This document shows positions 25,030 to 25,938 of a DNA stretch of 25,938 nt, in pieces. Origin of the DNA: a virus (lineage: Duplodnaviria; Caudoviricetes); IMG/VR virus record IMGVR_UViG_3300047669_001906, positions 1 through 25,938 of that record; one strand, 5' to 3'. Position 1 is the stretch's first letter. Each line of letters opens with the position of its first letter. The position numbers and the translations under genes were made by a program. The notes under the pieces are model-generated. The model ran no database searches and was not told where the DNA came from. It saw only the letters and a program-made list of their open reading frames with translations.

Positions 25030-25938
25030 ATGATAAACAGAATGTTCTAGCAAGTGACACCCCCACACTTCCCGATTGGACACGATGGTCGTGGCGAAGT
25101 CCAGTTGAACGTGAGTGGTGGAATCCGTTGTTCAAAGCAGCGGCGAATGCCTATGAAAGTGTTGAACGGTTGTCGGTTGTTGATGGCGTTCGCTCGGCGG
25201 CATCGCAGATAATAGCACCCGAAGAATTAGTAGGGCTCACAGAGTGGGCGCGCAATCATAATATTCTTTGCATACCAATAGATAGAATTAGTTATTCCAA
25301 TTCATACTCATCGGTAGAAACGAAACTAAAAAATGGTGAACGATTTAAGTATCGGGTGTTGTTTGTTCGTCCAGAACAATACGCAGATACCGTCGATTTA
25401 TCAAATATCTCCTCGCGTTCCGACCGTCGATCCGCGACGGCGCCGTCATATGTCGACCGATTCGGGAAACTATTAGGCTTTCCCGAATGTTGCCGAAAAG
25501 CGTTTCTGGAAACGTGGGGTCGCGGGCAAGTCGATAGTACATGGGAGCAACATTGTTCGCCCATGTTACCCATGACCAGTACACTGTTGCGGTGGATGGG
25601 TCTTCGCCTCGTCTCTCACATGCCATGTCATTATAGGTGTGAAGCATCACAAAAGATTGCGGAGCAAATGTTTCAGGTGGGCGCGCGGCATGGATATCTG
25701 GAAGAGATGCGATTGATTAAGGAAGTCCTCGCGTGGCCAGTAAAATGGTCTCGGCTGTTCGGGATTGCGGAGATTGTAACTCCTGCGGTCAAAATTTCCA
25801 CACGCACCGATTGGACACCTCGTAAAGATGAGTTCAGTACGACGGGTCCGTATCGACAACCGAAGAAAACGTGGTGGATAAACAACGGATTCGATAATGC
25901 TCGGGACCTGGGCCGAGCGCACGGGGACATGGTTAACG
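25026..25938 (+). CDS. Cys-motif protein (GKLLGFPECC...HMPCHYRC; resembles DUF483-like proteins), truncated by the window end
   Basis: Not in the ORF track because there is no stop in the window. ATGA overlap with the rSAM stop. Manual translation MNDKQNVLASDTPTLPDWTRWSW...FGKLLGFPECCRKAF...LLRWMGLRLVSHMPCHYRCEAS...WPVKWSRLFGIAEI.TP...WWINNGF is open for over 300 codons. Confidence 0.8.
   Translation, partial: MNDKQNVLASDTPTLPDWTRWSWRSPVEREWWNPLFKAAANAYESVERLSVVDGVRSAASQIIAPEELVGLTEWARNHNILCIPIDRISYSNSYSSVETKLKNGERFKYRVLFVRPEQYADTVDLSNISSRSDRRSATAPSYVDRFGKLLGFPECCRKAFLETWGRGQVDSTWEQHCSPMLPMTSTLLRWMGLRLVSHMPCHYRCEASQKIAEQMFQVGARHGYLEEMRLIKEVLAWPVKWSRLFGIAEIVTPAVKISTRTDWTPRKDEFSTTGPYRQPKKTWWINNGFDNARDLGRAHGDMVN

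Noticed and set aside
55-25930. Numerous short alternative-frame and antisense ORFs in the track (e.g. 55-237, 9841-10455, 11359-12033, 23343-23684, 25292-25930)
   Set aside because: They overlap well-supported genes and show no recognisable motifs or translation signals.
22857-25938. Lower GC of the rSAM module as proof of recent horizontal acquisition
   Set aside because: Spot checks suggest lower GC than the VrlC-like genes, but the core hub and gp48 regions look similarly AT-rich, so the signal is not specific.

Overview
A contiguous late (virion) region of a T4-like (Tevenvirinae-like) myophage. It begins with a truncated head-completion gene (gp4, minus strand). A long plus-strand baseplate operon follows: gp48-like cap, gp53, hub, gp5 split into two ORFs, a stand-alone M15 zinc peptidase, gp25, gp6, a gp7-like protein ending in a ~2 kb Ser/Pro hexapeptide repeat, gp8, and a VrlC/DUF4815-like giant protein split in two. 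T4-type late-promoter motifs (C/GTAAATA) sit in several intergenic gaps. The most unusual element is at the right end, coupled by overlapping stop/start codons to the structural genes. It comprises a 228-aa protein carrying 22 His-x-Asp triplets (plus one Phe-x-Asp), a radical SAM/SPASM enzyme whose own C-terminus ends in three more His-x-Asp triplets, and a Cys-motif partner protein that runs off the window. This looks like a phage-encoded RiPP-style modification system, possibly forming three-residue cyclophanes, that acts on a probable virion protein. All family assignments come from motif recognition and gene order; no database search was run.
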